Shown: positions 59,930 to 64,000 of the stretch, piece after piece
How positions within the stretch are numbered: the first letter of the stretch is position 1
Layout of the letters: every line of letters begins with the position of its first letter
From: Paraphysomonas bandaiensis
Lineage: Eukaryota; Protista; Chrysophyceae
Length of the DNA stretch: 64,000 nt
Assembly (NCBI GenBank): GCA_965644295.1
Contig: CBFFRP010000239.1
Span: forward strand, 1-64,000
Direction of reading: 5' to 3'
Program-made: the position numbers and the translations under genes
The notes under the pieces: model-generated
Told to the model about the DNA's origin: nothing
The model's input: the letters and a program-made list of their open reading frames with translations, nothing else
Databases searched by the model: none

Positions 59930-61979
59930 ATGTTTTCGGTTGATAATGCGACAGATAAGTCTGGTATCAGACAGCCTCTAGATGTCCAGTCATCCTCCTC
60001 AGAGGCAGAAGGAATAAGACACAGTACACATATGGACAAACTATCCACACAGCCTTCACCACACATGATAGCTCAGGTCCAAGCTGCTTTCAAAAGCAAA
60101 AACTGGATGCAGGAAGTTCTCGAAGTTGTGTTTCGTTGTGATGCCAGAAAATCTTCACTTCGACAAGAATGTTTCGCTGGTTTTATACAGTACATATCTG
60201 GTATAACTAAACTTTGCCAACGAGATACTGAAGCTAACTGCTAGTATAGGTATGTATGTGCTGACCATTATTCCTGCGGAATTGCATAATGCTGGATACA
60301 ATAAAACATCATCTTTTGCAGCCACGGTAACTAAACTATCCATGTGTGTCCATTCAAAGCTAAGATTCGTACATTTGTAGACACTAGTGACTGCAATTGC
60401 GTGCATTCTGTCAGGAATTGTGACTAATTTACCTTTTGTTTTGGGGCCTCCGACCGTCTTGTGCATATTCTTATCCAAGAAAATGCAACAGGATGATATG
60501 ACTGTAAATGAAGGCGATGTCGGTGTCGTATTGTCTGGACTTCTTCTCATTTTATGTGGTTGGAAACCTCTGGGACAGATGTTAACGAAGGTACATGCTA
60601 AATATGCCAATTCAGTAAAGTAATAAACATTGTTTCGTAATCAGTAATCTACTGATGCATAGCTACTGTGTATCTTCTACTAACAACCTTTGTCAGCTGA
60701 TGCCACATTCTGTTCAAGTTGGAACCGCAGTGGGAATTGGTCTATTATCCGCTCTTGCTGGTGCTGTAAACGTGGGCCTTGTAGAAGCAGGGGAGTATAC
60801 TCTTCTAGATAGTGGGGAAGTTTCGGATGAAGTTCTTATAGCAGGACTTGGTAAGAGTTTTAGCGCTGTTGTACATTAGATGTTTTTATATCAGTAACAT
60901 TTCAAGTGAACCCGAGTGCTTCATCAATAATGTATATATGAATGTTTTCAGGGTTTATTGTCGTCATCGTAGCCTTGTACTACGATATCAAGGGTGCCTT
61001 TCTCTTATCTATGTGCATTGCTTCCGTTCTTCGGTGGTGCAGCAACGATTCATTTCCTACGTCAATTTCCACCATTCCCACTATAGAAGAAATAGGAAAC
61101 TTCTCGAGTGATCTCTTATACGCGGATACGTGGAGAGCAGCATTAAGTCTGATCTTTTTGTATCTTCTTACCACAACTGGACTTTTAAAATCTCTAGGGT
61201 CCGCTTCGGGTTTGATTCGTTCTGATGGCAGCCTATCTAGAAATAGATGGATATTTTTCGTATGTGGGCTTGCCACTGTTATCAGTGGGTGTATAAGTGG
61301 ACCTCCTATCATTATATCTGCTGACAGCATCGCAGGTATACGCGCCGGGGGTAAAACGGGTTTGAGCACCGTTATATGTGGGTTTCTGTTTCTTCTTTCT
61401 ATTTTCTTCGCCCCTATATTTTCCGCCATACCTCCTGCTGCCACTGCGCCGATTTTGATCACCATAGGGTTAATCACATTCATCAATGTCACGAAAATAA
61501 ATTGGAGGAACATCCGAGAAGCTGCTACTGCTTTTGTTGTTCTATTTTTCGTACCATTTACATACAGTACAATTATCGGTGTGGTATATGGCTATGTGGT
61601 CTACCTTGTGGTTGGGATATGCACTGGTGAAATATATTACGACGCTCTCGAACTATGGGGTTTTTACTATGCCAAGGTTATAAATGATGATGATCCAATT
61701 TCACACTCTAAAGTATTAGTATATGGAACCCAGAAAGAAAGGAATCGAGACTACATGGATCATGCAGTTGATGTAGATATTGGTTTGTTTGATAGCACAG
61801 TGTTGAACGAGAGGGGCAGGCCATATTTTCCAACGCAAAGTATTATTAATGATAGGCTTTACAGACGTCACTGCCGCAATCCTGCTGCCGTCGATGATTG
61901 CGGCGAAAAAGTTCATGGCAATTACGTTGCACCAAATACTCTTTCGTGTGATGGTCCTAAATCCTCACACAACGTATGA
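59930..61979 (+). CDS. AzgA/NCS2-family purine permease, multi-exon
   Basis: SSLRQECFAGFIQYIS, PHSVQVGTAVGIGL, DSIAGIRAGGKTGLSTV..LFLLSIFFAPIF.AIPPAATAP.LI, PFTYSTIIG. Confidence 0.88.
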
Positions 61980-62344
61980 TAGTTTGTCAGATATGTTGTA
62001 GATGCATTAGTGTAAATATAATAGCACCTCATTCGTTGAAATTACATAGAATTCAGTTAAAATAAAATATTTACCTTGTGCTGTGCACTAAAATATTCAT
62101 TACAATGTTGCCGAGATCTGGTACTTAACATCTAACATGTGAAATAGGTGCTAGCACTTTCAAAAACGTTCAAGTTTAATACGAGCATTAACGAATGTTC
62201 TATTCTGTCTATGTACGGATCATGTTAAGACTTGCGGCAACATGCCCCTATGTCTGTAACAAAGTAAGAATAAATCTACACCAGGCAGATGCAATCAATG
62301 TTGGGGCCTATTACGTACAACATACTTTCGACTATGCACTGATT

Positions 62345-64000
62345 CTACGAATGCTTCTTGCGCTCGGTTCTCTTGGATAAAGTCGCTTTCTTGTATTGCT
62401 TGATGTCACCATCAAATCGACGCACAGTTTGCTTGCTCACAACCCAAATTTCATTGCAAACTTGGTTGATAAAGTACTGGTCATGACTAATGACTAAAAC
62501 TCCCCCAGTAAAATCTTGAAGAGCTCCTACCAAAGCTTGAATAGCTTCCATATCCAAATGATTGGTCGGCTCCTACAAAATACAATCGTATTGAGGTACA
62601 TAGCAACACAGCTTTCTGCGCTTACATCAAGAAGGACAACATGCGGTTTCGCAAAAGTTAAACACGCAAATGCGACCCTGTATATATCCCCATTAGAACG
62701 AACACTGCCCGAGCAAACACACTACCTGCTCTTTTGACCTCCACTAGAAAATTTCATAGGCTTCAAAGCATCATTTCCGGTTACTTCATATCGACCTAAA
62801 TGGGCTCTCAGCTCAGGTTCGGTAGCTTTCGGCCATCTACAATCAAATTCATAAAGCCCCAAAAATAATGGGAGACATCAGCAGAATGCTGATATACATA
62901 AAAGTTCAAATTATGAGAAAGTGTACCTTTTCATCATATTCGACAAAGGAGACCCAGTCAGGTCAAAGTCATCCATGTGGTGCTGCGTGAACACAGCAAT
63001 GCGTAGCTGTGGATTCACATGTACATAACCCTCCTACATTCGATATAATAATATTAACCATACTCGTACCCATAGAAAAATCACAAGATTCACCATTGGA
63101 TTCAGCTTGTTTTGAACCAACTTCAGCAATGTACTCTTCCCTGCTCCGTTAGGGCCAACCTATACATACGGCACTGAGTATCACAATCGTAAGCAAAACA
63201 TTATTTTACCAATGCTATACGGCTGCTTTGATCGATTGACATGTGAACATCTCGAAATAAGATCTGCAAACACGTCGATAAATCCATGCCACGACAGTCA
63301 AGATTACCATACATCTCTAGGATTATAACCAAAAGTAACCCCTTCAATTTGAATAATAGGGCGCCCAAGTTGACCCGCATCCTCGAATCGAAACCGAAAA
63401 CCATCAAATTCCTCTTCCACTGCATCTACCACCTAAGATGAAAACCACCATTATTCTAAACACCACATCGTCATCACATCCCCAGATACCTCTTCTCGGG
63501 CAATAGCCTTTATACGCGATTGAACTAAAGAAGCACGCTTCGCATTGGTTCGAAACTTATCAACAAACTCCTACAAATCAAACAACATGAGCTCACTCTG
63601 CGCACATATGTTCACATATTCGAAATGTTGGTATCTAAAGGAATCTTTCTATATTAGTCATTGCACTGCAATGGGTCGATAAAGTTCATATAGGGGTAGT
63701 CTCTCCACCTGCATATGGTTGACTTTCACCATCTGCGCTTCATGTTGTCGTTGTTGAACTAGCAACTCCTACGCACACATTACTCAAAATGCAGCAAGTA
63801 GTAATCAATTGTACCTCCTTTCTAGTTCCCTCAAAATTGTCGTAGTTACCTACAATAATGTCATCTCTCAGCTGTACGATTCGTACTCTGTACGGTGCAT
63901 TCTTACCTCGGTAGTATAACAATTTAAGATTTTTAACCAAAACAATGTCAGTGCATATTTCATTCAGAAAAGCCCTGTGATCAGAACATCAGTATCCATA
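62345..64000 (-). CDS. ABCF-subfamily ATPase (ABCF3/GCN20-like), 3' part, many short introns; runs off window end
   Basis: VSDHRAFLNE.CTDIV, YYRGNYDNF, FVDKFRTNAKRASLVQSRIKAI, GPNGAGKSTLLK, FSSGGQKSRVAFA, LLDEPTNHLD, GGVLVISHD. Confidence 0.9.

Overview
Intron-rich eukaryotic nuclear DNA with short GT-AG introns. The gene content and a ciliary CEP104 gene suggest a flagellated protist, most likely a stramenopile (inference). About 16 protein-coding loci are supported: organellar EF-P, a small hypothetical gene, CEP104, an OLD-family ATPase-TOPRIM gene, a hotdog thioesterase, a Tweety-like protein, STN1 (missed by the ORF track), two inverted near-identical FSP1/AIFM2-like oxidoreductases flanking a class C GPCR, a giant ARM/IQ protein, a ZCCHC9-like zinc-knuckle protein, nitronate monooxygenase, an APC polyamine transporter, a giant ankyrin protein, an AzgA-type permease and the 3' part of an ABCF gene. 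There is also one 5S rRNA gene, several Copia relics and LTRs, a decayed PIF/Harbinger transposon with a ~190-bp hairpin, a hAT MITE with an 8-bp TSD and long (GTAT)n microsatellites. The standout is an intact, spliced 5-exon gene (12009-15761, minus, ~1164 aa). It encodes an OLD/GajA-type ABC-ATPase plus TOPRIM nuclease, an architecture best known from bacterial anti-phage defence. Its ATPase has lost both the catalytic Glu and the switch His, the TOPRIM acidic motifs are kept, and it carries an added LOTUS/OST-HTH-like domain. It is a candidate eukaryotic nucleotide-sensing, possibly RNA-targeting, immune nuclease. Exon boundaries were read by eye and no searches were run.
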